DNA of 49,998 bases from Gemmatimonadota bacterium (GTDB taxonomy: Bacteria > Gemmatimonadota > Gemmatimonadetes > Gemmatimonadales > Gemmatimonadaceae): positions 1 through 49,998 of the forward strand of contig JANNJV010000509.1 of the NCBI GenBank assembly GCA_031395945.1. Reading direction: 5' to 3'. The notes beneath the pieces were generated by a model, which was not told where the DNA came from, ran no database searches, and saw only the letters and a program-made list of their open reading frames with translations. Shown here piece after piece: positions 26,969 through 35,569 of this stretch (position 1 is its first letter; every line of letters starts with the position of its first letter). A program made the translations under genes and the position numbers.

Positions 26969-27980
26969 CATCACCGACGACGCGGGTGGCCGTGACGTCT
27001 TCCACGCGCTTGTCGCGCCACTGTATCAGCACGAGCCGGCCGGCACGGCGCCGCAGCGGACGACGGTCGAGCGCAATCTGACGCGGGACACGTTCGCCGG
27101 CAGCCAACGCCTCTTCGTCGCGTTCGACGGCGATCGCGCCGTTGCCCGGATCGGCGCGCGCTTGTCACCAACCCTGCGCGACGAGCGAGGACTGCCGTTC
27201 GGCATGCTCGGTTTTTTCGAAGCCCAGCCGCGGGCGGACGCGGCACACGCGATGTTCGCCGCGGCCACGGCCTGGCTGCGCGCGCGCGGTGCGGGCAGGA
27301 TCGTCGGCCCGATGGATGGGGATACGTGGCACCGGTATCGAGTCAATGCAGGCCCGTTCATCCGGCCCCCATTCCCCCTCGAGCCGTGGAACCCGCCGTA
27401 CTACCGCGAGCTCTGGGAGGGTGCCGGGTTCACCCCGGTCGAGTCGTACAGCTCGAAATGGATCGGCGATGTCGCAACGCTGCTGCCCGGATTGCGCGAG
27501 GGGGCGGCGCGCAGCGCGTCACGAGGTGTTCGTATTCGCGGACTCGACCGGGACCGGATCCCTGAGGAACTCGCCATCGTCCATGCGATTTCATCAGAGA
27601 TCTTTCACGACGCATTTCTCTATTCGCCCATCGGGCGGGACGACTTTCTTGCCATGTACGGCGGCGTCGAACGGTTGCTCGATCCGGAGCTGGTCGTTTT
27701 CGCGGAATCTCCTGACGGCCAGGCGGTGGGATTCGTTTTCGCGTACGCCGATCCGCGCGAACCCGCGGTGCACTACAAGACCATAGGCGTGAAGGCCGAC
27801 TGGCGCCGATCGGCCGTGGCAGCCGCGCTGTCCGCTCACGTGTACGGGAACGCGCTCAAGAAAGGCCTGCCTGGCGGGAATCACGCGCTGATGCGCGACG
27901 ACAACCGCTCGCAGGCGCTGGACCAGGGGTTTGGCGACGTGTTTCGTCGGTATCTGCTCTACGAGTGGAGCGGGGCGTGA
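26946..27980 (+). CDS. Two-lobed GNAT-like acyltransferase (tentative)
   Basis: GTG start overlapping DUF502 by 23 nt. GPMDGDTWHRYR, EPWNPPYYRELWEGAGF, and a C-terminal acetyl-CoA-loop-like segment TIGVKADWRRSAVAAALSAHVYGNALKKG. The fold call is from pattern memory only. Confidence 0.55.
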   Translation: MAPIRVVDITDDAGGRDVFHALVAPLYQHEPAGTAPQRTTVERNLTRDTFAGSQRLFVAFDGDRAVARIGARLSPTLRDERGLPFGMLGFFEAQPRADAAHAMFAAATAWLRARGAGRIVGPMDGDTWHRYRVNAGPFIRPPFPLEPWNPPYYRELWEGAGFTPVESYSSKWIGDVATLLPGLREGAARSASRGVRIRGLDRDRIPEELAIVHAISSEIFHDAFLYSPIGRDDFLAMYGGVERLLDPELVVFAESPDGQAVGFVFAYADPREPAVHYKTIGVKADWRRSAVAAALSAHVYGNALKKGLPGGNHALMRDDNRSQALDQGFGDVFRRYLLYEWSGA

Positions 27981-29563
27981 GCGCCAACGTCGCGCAGCTC
28001 TTCCTGGAGTCGGCACGGCGCAACGGCGACAGGCCCGCGTTCCTGTCATCCACTGGCGGTTGCATCACGTTCGGCGAGTTGCGCGCGCGGGTCGACGCGT
28101 TCGCGGGCTGGTTGATGGACCGTGGTGTCGGACCAGGCGATCGCGCGGTGTTCATGCTGCCCATGTCCATCGATCTCTATGTCACCGTACTTGGCACGCT
28201 GTCGGCCGGCGGCGTCGCGGTGTTCGTGGATCCCTGGGTGCCGATACGCGAGATCGCGCGAATGGCGGTCATGGTGCGGCCGGTCGTGTTTGTCGGAACT
28301 CCGAAGGCGCATCTGATGCGACTCCTCGAACGCGAACTGCGGAGTGTTCGTTTTGCCATCACGACTGGAGGGCGCCTGTCGCTGTTTGCGGCGCGCTTCC
28401 GATTGAGCGAGTTGCGTGGCCGCACAGGCTCACCCATGATCGCCGACGTCTCGCATGACGCGCCGGCGCTCATCACGTATACCTCGGGCTCCAGCGGAAC
28501 GCCCAAAGGCGTCAACCGCACCCACGACATTCTGGCGGCGCAGCATGCGGTCATTCGCGACGAATTCCCAGCGGACGCCAACGATGTCGACCTCACCACA
28601 TTCCCCGTATTCGCGTTGAGCAACCTGGCTGCGGGGATTCCAAGCGTCATTCCACCCGTGAACCTGCGGCGTATCGCCGCGGCCGACCCGCGCCTGCTGC
28701 TCACCGACATCCGCCGCTACGCCGTATCCACCGCCGCCGCCTCGCCGCCCCTGTTCGACGTACTGAGCGACTACCTGCGTGCGTCCGGCGAAGCGCCACC
28801 GCGTCTGCGCAGAATTGTGACCGGTGGCGCACCGGTACGTGACGACCAATTGCGTCGCTGGTGCGACACCTGGCCGCAGACCGAGATCGTCGTCGCCTTC
28901 GGCTCCAGCGAAGCGGAGCCGGTGGCAAGCATGTCCGCTGACGAGCGCCTGAAGGTGAGTCGTGGCGGACCGGGATTCTGCGTTGGCACTCCGGTGAGAA
29001 GTGTGCGGGCGAAGGTCATACCCATTACTCGCGCTTCAGTCGATCGGGTGTCGGAGGCGCCAAGCGGCGCGATCGGCGAGCTCGTGGTCAGCGGTCCCCA
29101 CGTGTGTCGCGACTATGCCGACGACAAACGAGCGTTCGCCGAGAACAAGATCCGCGACACCGACGGGACGATCTGGCATCGCATGGGTGATACCGGATAC
29201 TTCGACGACGCTGGCCGCTTTTGGCTGGTGGGGCGTGTGCACTCAACCATACGCCGGGGCGGCGTGGACCTGCATGCGCAGGTCGTCGAATCCGTGACGC
29301 GCGGGGGCGATGCGCGGATTCGACGGGTAGCAGCGCTCGGTATTCCCGACCCCGTACTCGGCGAGCGCCTGGCGATCGTCGTCGAAAGCGAAACGCCAGG
29401 CGTGCGTGCAGACATCGAGGCGAGATTGGCCGCGGCGCATCCGCCGGTGCCGGTGGACCAGCTGATCGTGACGCGCGCCGTGTTGCCAGTAGACCCGCGG
29501 CACAACAGCAAGGTGGACTACCCGCGCCTGCACCAGATGCTGCAGGCAGGAGCGCTTTCGTGA
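27965..29563 (+). CDS. Adenylate-forming enzyme (acyl-AMP/CoA ligase superfamily, OleC/FAAL-like)
   Basis: A3 motif ITYTSGSSGTPKGV, FGSSEAEP, A8 GDTGYFDDAGRFWLVGR, C-terminal PVDPRHNSKVDY. The start is GTG at 27965 or GTG at 27977, which gives a GTGA overlap with the upstream stop. Confidence 0.85.
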   Translation: MERGVSANVAQLFLESARRNGDRPAFLSSTGGCITFGELRARVDAFAGWLMDRGVGPGDRAVFMLPMSIDLYVTVLGTLSAGGVAVFVDPWVPIREIARMAVMVRPVVFVGTPKAHLMRLLERELRSVRFAITTGGRLSLFAARFRLSELRGRTGSPMIADVSHDAPALITYTSGSSGTPKGVNRTHDILAAQHAVIRDEFPADANDVDLTTFPVFALSNLAAGIPSVIPPVNLRRIAAADPRLLLTDIRRYAVSTAAASPPLFDVLSDYLRASGEAPPRLRRIVTGGAPVRDDQLRRWCDTWPQTEIVVAFGSSEAEPVASMSADERLKVSRGGPGFCVGTPVRSVRAKVIPITRASVDRVSEAPSGAIGELVVSGPHVCRDYADDKRAFAENKIRDTDGTIWHRMGDTGYFDDAGRFWLVGRVHSTIRRGGVDLHAQVVESVTRGGDARIRRVAALGIPDPVLGERLAIVVESETPGVRADIEARLAAAHPPVPVDQLIVTRAVLPVDPRHNSKVDYPRLHQMLQAGALS

Positions 29564-30516
29564 CCGTCACGACGCTGCCGGTCACGCGCACCGATCCTTA
29601 CGTGACGCGGCTCCGCGCGTACATGCGCGAGCGCTTCCCCTTGTTCGGACACGTGCTGCTCATCATCAGCTACTTCTCGTCCAATCAGTTTCTGGCGAAA
29701 GTGCTGGTGAATCCCGGCGAGCCGATGCGCTATACCGCGCAGTCACTGCTCGGTGCTCTCACGCTGCTCCTCTTCTTCTGGCACCTGCGCATCTTCGACG
29801 AGCACAAGGATTTTGCCGAGGACTCACGTTTCCATTCGCATCGCGTGCTGCAACGCGGCGTGATCACGTTGGCCGAGCTGCGGATCCTGGCAGCGATCGC
29901 GATTGCTGCGGAGTTCGCGCTCGCTGCCGCCGCCGGAGTCGCGGCGATGACCGGACTCGCGATGGCCTTCGCGTTCTCGCTGCTCATGCTCAAGGAGTTC
30001 TTCGCCGCCGCCTGGCTGAAGCGGCATTTCCTGGTGTACGCCACGTCGCACATGCTGCTCATGCCGCTGCTGTCGCTGATGGTGTTCAGCTTCGCGACGC
30101 GGCAGATGCCCTGGCGCGCGCCGCCCGTCTTCTGGGTGTACGCCTTCGTGGGATTCTTCGTCACCTTCAATGTCGAGGTATCGCGGAAGATTCGTGCTCC
30201 CGAAGATGAGGTCGAGGGACTGGACTCGTATTCGAAGATCTTCGGTACTTACGGGGCCGCGTGGATCGTGCTGGGGTTGCGACTGATCGATACGACGCTG
30301 GTGTCTTTCGTGGGCCACGCCATCGGCGTGAGCCCGTGGTTCTATGTCGCGGTGGGCGCGCTGTTCCTGATGACCCTCGGCACCTTCATCCGATTCCGCA
30401 CGCACACCTCGACGGCCTCGGCTAAAGCGCTGGAGCGCAACGCCGGGCTGTATCTCATCGCGTTCGACCTCATCCTTGCGATCGAGTTGGTCAGGATGCA
30501 CGGCTTCAGAAGATGA
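29560..30516 (+). CDS. UbiA-superfamily integral membrane prenyltransferase
   Basis: The GTG at 29560 overlaps the ligase TGA (GTGA). About 8 TM segments. First Asp-rich motif FDEHKDFAED, second region APEDEVEGLDSYSKIFG. The earlier part of track ORF 29221..30516 overlaps the ligase. Confidence 0.75.
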   Translation: MTVTTLPVTRTDPYVTRLRAYMRERFPLFGHVLLIISYFSSNQFLAKVLVNPGEPMRYTAQSLLGALTLLLFFWHLRIFDEHKDFAEDSRFHSHRVLQRGVITLAELRILAAIAIAAEFALAAAAGVAAMTGLAMAFAFSLLMLKEFFAAAWLKRHFLVYATSHMLLMPLLSLMVFSFATRQMPWRAPPVFWVYAFVGFFVTFNVEVSRKIRAPEDEVEGLDSYSKIFGTYGAAWIVLGLRLIDTTLVSFVGHAIGVSPWFYVAVGALFLMTLGTFIRFRTHTSTASAKALERNAGLYLIAFDLILAIELVRMHGFRR

Positions 30517-33131
30517 GCGAATTCATCTGGCGCGGCACCGCGCAGAGCAAAGCGGACCCGGCCATCGTGGGCGGCAAGGCGGCGAACCTTCAGCGACTCG
30601 TCAGACTGGGCCACCGCGTGCCGCCGTTCATCGTCGTCACGACGGATGCGTGCCGTGCGGCGCTGTCGGCCGCGCCCGGAGACCCACTGCCGCGCGTCGT
30701 GCACGAGGCGCTCGAAACAGCGCTCGCCGCCCTGCCAGCCGATCATTTCTTCGCAGTGCGCTCATCGGCCGTGGGTGAGGACGCGGCCGGCGAGTCCTTC
30801 GCGGGCATTCACGACAGCTTTCTCTACGTGCGTGGACGGCAAGCGATCCGGGACGCGATCGCGCGCGTGTGGGCGTCCGCGACGTCGGAGCGGGCGATGG
30901 CCTACCGTCGCGCGCGCACCCTGCCGACAGAAGGCGTGGAGATCGCCGTGATCGTGCAGGAGATGGTAGAGGCGCAGGCCAGCGGGGTGGTGTTTACCGC
31001 GGAGCCAACGAGCGGCGACGTGCACAAGATCGTGATCAGCGCATTGTTTGGACTGGGCGAGGGCCTCGTGAGTGGCGGCCTGGACGCGGATCTCTTCACG
31101 GTGGACAAGCGCACGCAGGCCGTGGAGCCGCGTCTGGCCGACAAGAGCGAACGGTTCGTGCTGGACGCCGCGAGCCGCCAGGGTGTGACGCGCGAGTCGG
31201 TTCCGCCCGAACTGCGGTCGCGCGCGAGTCTCACGGACGAGCAGATCGGGCAGTTGGCGCGCGCGGCGCGCGCCATCGAGGACGCCTACGGAACGCCGCA
31301 GGACATCGAGTTCGCCGTCGACGGCGCAGGGCAGCTCTGGATTCTTCAAACTCGCCCCATCACCACGGTCGAAGAGAACGGACCGGCAGCAGGGTATGGC
31401 CTGCTCTGGGACAATTCGAACATCATCGAGAGTTTCTCCGGCGTGACATCACCCATGACGTTCAGCGTGATCCGGCGCGCGTACGCGACGGTGTATCGCT
31501 GCTTCTCGCAGGTCATGGGCATCGCTCCCGAGGTCATTCGGCAGAGCGAGCCGCTGTACCAGAACATGCTCGGCCTGATTCGCGGGCGTGTGTACTACAA
31601 CCTGCGAAGCTGGTATCTGCTGCTGCGGCTCTTCCCCGGCTTCGAGTACAATCGCCAGTTCATGGAATCCATGATGGGCGTGAAGGAGTCGTACGACCCG
31701 GGCGCCGGTCAGTCCGCGTCCGCGGTGCGGAAGTACTTCGTCGAGTTGCCGAAGCTGCTGCGATTATTGGGACGGTCGCTCTGGAATTTCGCGCGCATCC
31801 GAAGTCGCGTGAACGCCTTTGAGGCACTCTTCGAGACGCACTATCGCCGCTGGGCCGCCATGGACTTTCCCGAAATGCGCCCCCACGAGTTGATGGCGGT
31901 CTACGGCGAGATGGAGCGCGACATTCTCGAACAATGGCGCGCGCCCATCATCAATGACCTGTTCGTGATGGTCAACTACGGCGTTCTCAAGAAGCTGTGC
32001 GCGTCGTGGTGCGGAGACACGAGCGGGTCGCTGCAGAATGACCTGATCTGCGGCGAGGGTGGGATTCGGAGCACCGAACCGACGTTCCGGCTCATGGACA
32101 TCGCACGCGACGTGCGGGCACAGCCCGAGTTGGCCGCAGTGTTCGCGACCTCGCCAATCGACGACATCGGTCGCATCACACGTGACGAGCCGCGATTTGC
32201 CTCTTTCCATGCGGCGTTCGCGAAGTATCTGGACGAGTACGGCTTTCGCTGCATGAACGAACTGAAGCTCGAGGAGCCGACACTCCGGGATCGCCCCGAG
32301 TTCGCGTACCAGGTTATCCGCAACTACGTCACCTCACAGAGCGGCGCCGATCCGAGCACCATCACGTCGCGAGAGGCCGGGATCCGCTCGAGCGCGGAGT
32401 CGCGCGCCAACACTCTGCTCACCTCGTGGTGGAGGCGTCGCGTGTTTCGCCGCGTACTCGCGAACGCGCGGCTGGGCGTCAAGAATCGCGAGAACATGCG
32501 CTTTGCGCGGACGCGCATTTTCGGGCTGGTGCGGGAACTGGTGCGGGCGCTGGGCGGCCAGTTGACGCAGGGCGGCGCGCTCGACCGACCCGAGGACGTG
32601 TTCTTTCTCACACTCGATGAAGTTTTCGATTTCGTGAAGGGCACCGCGGTGACGGCGCGGCTGAAGGAGCTCGTTGCGCTGCGCCGTGCCGAATTCGACC
32701 AATACCGCACCGAGGACGCGTCGCCACCCGACGACCGGTTCGAGACATTCGGGATGGTCTATACGCGAAACCGGTTTCGGGGACGCGTGGCGCCGGTGGT
32801 GCACACTGATGGCGTGATGCGGGGCATCCCCTGTTCGCCGGGTCAGGTGACGAACAAGGTCAAGGTAATCCTCACCCCGACGGACGATGCGCAACTGGCG
32901 GGAGAGATCCTGGTCGCGGGCCGTACCGATCCGGGCTGGGTCCCGCTGTACCCGTCCGTCTCGGGGTTGCTCATCGAGCGCGGGAGCATTCTCTCGCACT
33001 CGGCCATCGTGGCGCGCGAAATGGGGATCCCAACCATCGTTGGTATTCCCGGGCTCACGACGGCGCTCAAGACGGGCCAGACCGTCTCGATGGATGGGTC
33101 AACGGGAATTGTCTCGATCGTGGAGAGTTGA
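30513..33131 (+). CDS. PEP-utilising-family phosphotransferase: N-terminal PPDK_N ATP-grasp plus C-terminal phosphohistidine swivel, no TIM barrel (rifampicin-phosphotransferase-like architecture)
   Basis: ATGA overlap with the UbiA gene. N-terminus GGKAANLQRL..VPPFIVVT...AVRSSAVGED..ESFAG...IAVIVQEMV. Extreme C-terminus ILVAGRTDPGWVPLYPSVSGLLIERGSILSHSAIVAREMGIPTIVG. Confidence 0.85.
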   Translation: MSEFIWRGTAQSKADPAIVGGKAANLQRLVRLGHRVPPFIVVTTDACRAALSAAPGDPLPRVVHEALETALAALPADHFFAVRSSAVGEDAAGESFAGIHDSFLYVRGRQAIRDAIARVWASATSERAMAYRRARTLPTEGVEIAVIVQEMVEAQASGVVFTAEPTSGDVHKIVISALFGLGEGLVSGGLDADLFTVDKRTQAVEPRLADKSERFVLDAASRQGVTRESVPPELRSRASLTDEQIGQLARAARAIEDAYGTPQDIEFAVDGAGQLWILQTRPITTVEENGPAAGYGLLWDNSNIIESFSGVTSPMTFSVIRRAYATVYRCFSQVMGIAPEVIRQSEPLYQNMLGLIRGRVYYNLRSWYLLLRLFPGFEYNRQFMESMMGVKESYDPGAGQSASAVRKYFVELPKLLRLLGRSLWNFARIRSRVNAFEALFETHYRRWAAMDFPEMRPHELMAVYGEMERDILEQWRAPIINDLFVMVNYGVLKKLCASWCGDTSGSLQNDLICGEGGIRSTEPTFRLMDIARDVRAQPELAAVFATSPIDDIGRITRDEPRFASFHAAFAKYLDEYGFRCMNELKLEEPTLRDRPEFAYQVIRNYVTSQSGADPSTITSREAGIRSSAESRANTLLTSWWRRRVFRRVLANARLGVKNRENMRFARTRIFGLVRELVRALGGQLTQGGALDRPEDVFFLTLDEVFDFVKGTAVTARLKELVALRRAEFDQYRTEDASPPDDRFETFGMVYTRNRFRGRVAPVVHTDGVMRGIPCSPGQVTNKVKVILTPTDDAQLAGEILVAGRTDPGWVPLYPSVSGLLIERGSILSHSAIVAREMGIPTIVGIPGLTTALKTGQTVSMDGSTGIVSIVES

Positions 33132-33167
33132 TCGCATTCGGCGCAATTCGGTCCAGGCGTTCATCGG

Positions 33168-34478
33168 TTACTGGATTGTCCAGGTGGGAATCGCGCGCTG
33201 GTACTGCAGTGCCGCGACCACAGCAGTTGCGACGATAGCCGTGACGGCAGGAATGAAATCCCCCAGGCGTGACGCGGCCGGGTACCGCGTTCGCATCGCG
33301 AGCGCTGCCGCACCGCCCAAAAGCGCCACTGTAAAGAGCACCGCAATGGACGATGGCGGGTATGCGATGGCGAACGCAGTCGGAATCAGGACGATGGCCA
33401 AGCACGCGCCGAGGGCTAGCACCAACGCGCGCGGACGGTGTCCCGCCGCCTGAGCAACGCCGATCACGGTCATCGCGGCCGCAGCACCGAGGAACGGCGC
33501 GTACCAGAAGTTGTGCGCGTCATTCATGTTCGAGACGATCAGAATTGCGACCAGGGGCAAGCACGCGCGCGCCACCGGCCGCACGCCGATGTACCGGCCG
33601 GAGAACCGTCCCGATCGCGCCGTGACCAGTGCGACCATGGCGATCAGGACCGGCAGTGCCCAGAGCGGCGAACCCAGTGACCACAGACCGTAGGTGAAGA
33701 GCAACACCGCGATCGTCGCGCCGACGTTCAACCCGGGAAACCGATGCGCGCCGATTCCGATCACCGCGCAAAGACCCACGAAGCTGGCGTTCTGGAAGAC
33801 GATCTCAGGCAACGGCTTCGTGGTGATCTTGCCCAGAATCACGCACGCGGCGATTGGAACGAAGAGATTGTCGGCGCCGCGCAGGGAAATGGCCTCGAAT
33901 CCCGTCACCACGAGCGCCACGAGCAACGCCGAGAGCACCACCGTGGGACGGTCGAGGTCCGTGAGGAGCAGCATTGGCAGGTGGATCGCCAGGAACGCCA
34001 CCACCAGAAATACCAGCGAGCCCTCGACGCTCTTGCTCTCCTCCTCCACCCGGTACCGCACACGTCCGTACTCGCTGCCCACGAGAGCGGCAAAGGCGTC
34101 CGCGATGCCAAGGGTCAACAACGCGGCCAGATAGCGCCAATAGTCGTCGCCGGCAAGAACAAATACGAGGAAGACCGCCAGCGGGTAGTACTCGCTTCCG
34201 CGACTCGACCGCGCGATGCCGCCCACGCTGCGCAACACTTTTCCCTTGGCCGTCACGAAAAACAGCAGCGAGAGCCCGATGGTAAGCACGAAGGCCACCA
34301 GTGTGGAGCGCACGAGCAACGGCAGAAAGACACCGATCGCGCTGCCACCGAGGTGCACCAGCTTGCGGGTGTGTTCGGGTTTGCCGTTCCAGCGTCTCGC
34401 CCACAGCTCGGCGAGAATGAGAATGACCGTGAACAGGCCGGCGATGACGGTTGCGCCGCGGAGATCGCCGGATGCCAT
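33168..34478 (-). CDS. Polyprenol/phytol kinase-like (Sec59/DolK/VTE5-CdsA superfamily) domain fused to an additional multi-TM C-terminal region
   Basis: The ATG at 34478 shares its A with the DUF3419 TGA. HTRKLVHLGGSAIG, SRGSEYYPLAV, GIADAFAALVGSEYGRVRY..ESKSVEGSLVF, EAISLRGADNLFVPI. About 230 further residues of TM helices follow. Track start 34676 overlaps the upstream gene. Confidence 0.7.
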   Translation of the reverse strand: MASGDLRGATVIAGLFTVILILAELWARRWNGKPEHTRKLVHLGGSAIGVFLPLLVRSTLVAFVLTIGLSLLFFVTAKGKVLRSVGGIARSSRGSEYYPLAVFLVFVLAGDDYWRYLAALLTLGIADAFAALVGSEYGRVRYRVEEESKSVEGSLVFLVVAFLAIHLPMLLLTDLDRPTVVLSALLVALVVTGFEAISLRGADNLFVPIAACVILGKITTKPLPEIVFQNASFVGLCAVIGIGAHRFPGLNVGATIAVLLFTYGLWSLGSPLWALPVLIAMVALVTARSGRFSGRYIGVRPVARACLPLVAILIVSNMNDAHNFWYAPFLGAAAAMTVIGVAQAAGHRPRALVLALGACLAIVLIPTAFAIAYPPSSIAVLFTVALLGGAAALAMRTRYPAASRLGDFIPAVTAIVATAVVAALQYQRAIPTWTIQ

Positions 34479-35569
34479 CACAGAGTCTCCTCGAGCACGA
34501 ACGCGCTGTAGAAGAAGGCGCGGTCCACCGCGAACAGGGCGTGGGCGCGCTCGCCCAGAGAGCGCACCCGGTCCGCGAACACGTCCGGCCGTTGTCGAGG
34601 GACGAGCATGTTCCAGTAGGCCAGTCGTGCCTTGGGGGCCGCGGCCGTCAGGAGGATGCCGTACATCGCGGTACACGCCTCCGGGTCGAGGTACTCGAAG
34701 ATGTCCGAGAGATTGAATCCGTCGAACGGTCCGTGCGTCGCAGCCGCGGCTTCGGCGGCGCCGCGGATCAACGTGAGCCGATCCATCGCGTCACGCAGCG
34801 CTGGGAACCGTTCGCGCGCGAGGTATCGCGGAAGTGTCGCCCCGAAGCGGCCGGTAAAAATGAAGTTGAGGTACGGGTTGGAATGGGTGGGGAGGACGGT
34901 GAATGCGTATTTCGCGCGTCCCATGATGCGATCGGCGACGCTGCCCTCCACGTAACGGAAGAACTCCGGATCCCGGCCCATCAGTCCCATCACACGCCGG
35001 CTGAAGAACACCTTGAACAAGAGACGCCAGCGCCAGTTGTCCCAGGTCGTCGCATAGAATCGCGTGCGTTCGCTTTCGTTCTTTTCGGCGAGCAGTTCCC
35101 GCACGCTTGCCCGACCATGGAAGAGCGGAACGATGCGCCGCCGGAACGTCTCGAAATACCGCTCGAATTTTCCGGCGTGCACGATGCCGCGCCTGATCTC
35201 CTCGGGCCGTGTATCCCAGAACGCGCGCGCCGATGCGGGAAGGTCTGGAGCGAGGCTCGCATAGGTCGCGTCTCGCGCGCTGCCTGGTGCGATTCCCAGG
35301 AATGTCAGGAGGTCGTCGTACTCCAGTCGCCGGATCGCCGCGCGCTTGAGTTCCACCATGGCCAGTTGGGCCTCGCTCAGATCGACCGCTACGACCGTCG
35401 CTCCAGCCGCCGCGAGCGCGAAGCTGTTGTCACCACCGGAGGCAATCGAGAGCATGCGCTTGCCCGGCGCAGGCTGGAGCGCCTGGCACAGGACGTCCGC
35501 ATCTTCCCAGCAATTCGCGTAGCGGACGTAGTCGAACCGCGCGCGCTGTTCGATGCGGTCGCGGGTCAA
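34478..35569 (-). CDS. DUF3419 / BtaA-like SAM-dependent 3-amino-3-carboxypropyl-transferase homolog
   Basis: FDYVRYANCWEDADVLCQAL...KRMLSIASGGDNSFALAAAGATVVAVDLSEAQLAMVELKRAAIRRLEYDDLLTFLG is the DUF3419 N-terminal signature. The TTG start overlaps the HMGR stop (TTGA). Confidence 0.8.
   Translation of the reverse strand: MTRDRIEQRARFDYVRYANCWEDADVLCQALQPAPGKRMLSIASGGDNSFALAAAGATVVAVDLSEAQLAMVELKRAAIRRLEYDDLLTFLGIAPGSARDATYASLAPDLPASARAFWDTRPEEIRRGIVHAGKFERYFETFRRRIVPLFHGRASVRELLAEKNESERTRFYATTWDNWRWRLLFKVFFSRRVMGLMGRDPEFFRYVEGSVADRIMGRAKYAFTVLPTHSNPYLNFIFTGRFGATLPRYLARERFPALRDAMDRLTLIRGAAEAAAATHGPFDGFNLSDIFEYLDPEACTAMYGILLTAAAPKARLAYWNMLVPRQRPDVFADRVRSLGERAHALFAVDRAFFYSAFVLEETL

Noticed and set aside
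25670-27081. Long ORFs 25670..26803 (-) and 25996..27081 (+) across the DUF2911/DUF502 genes
   Set aside because: They compete with frames that carry recognisable DUF2911 and DUF502 signatures. Their translations are Arg/His/Gly-rich with no motifs.
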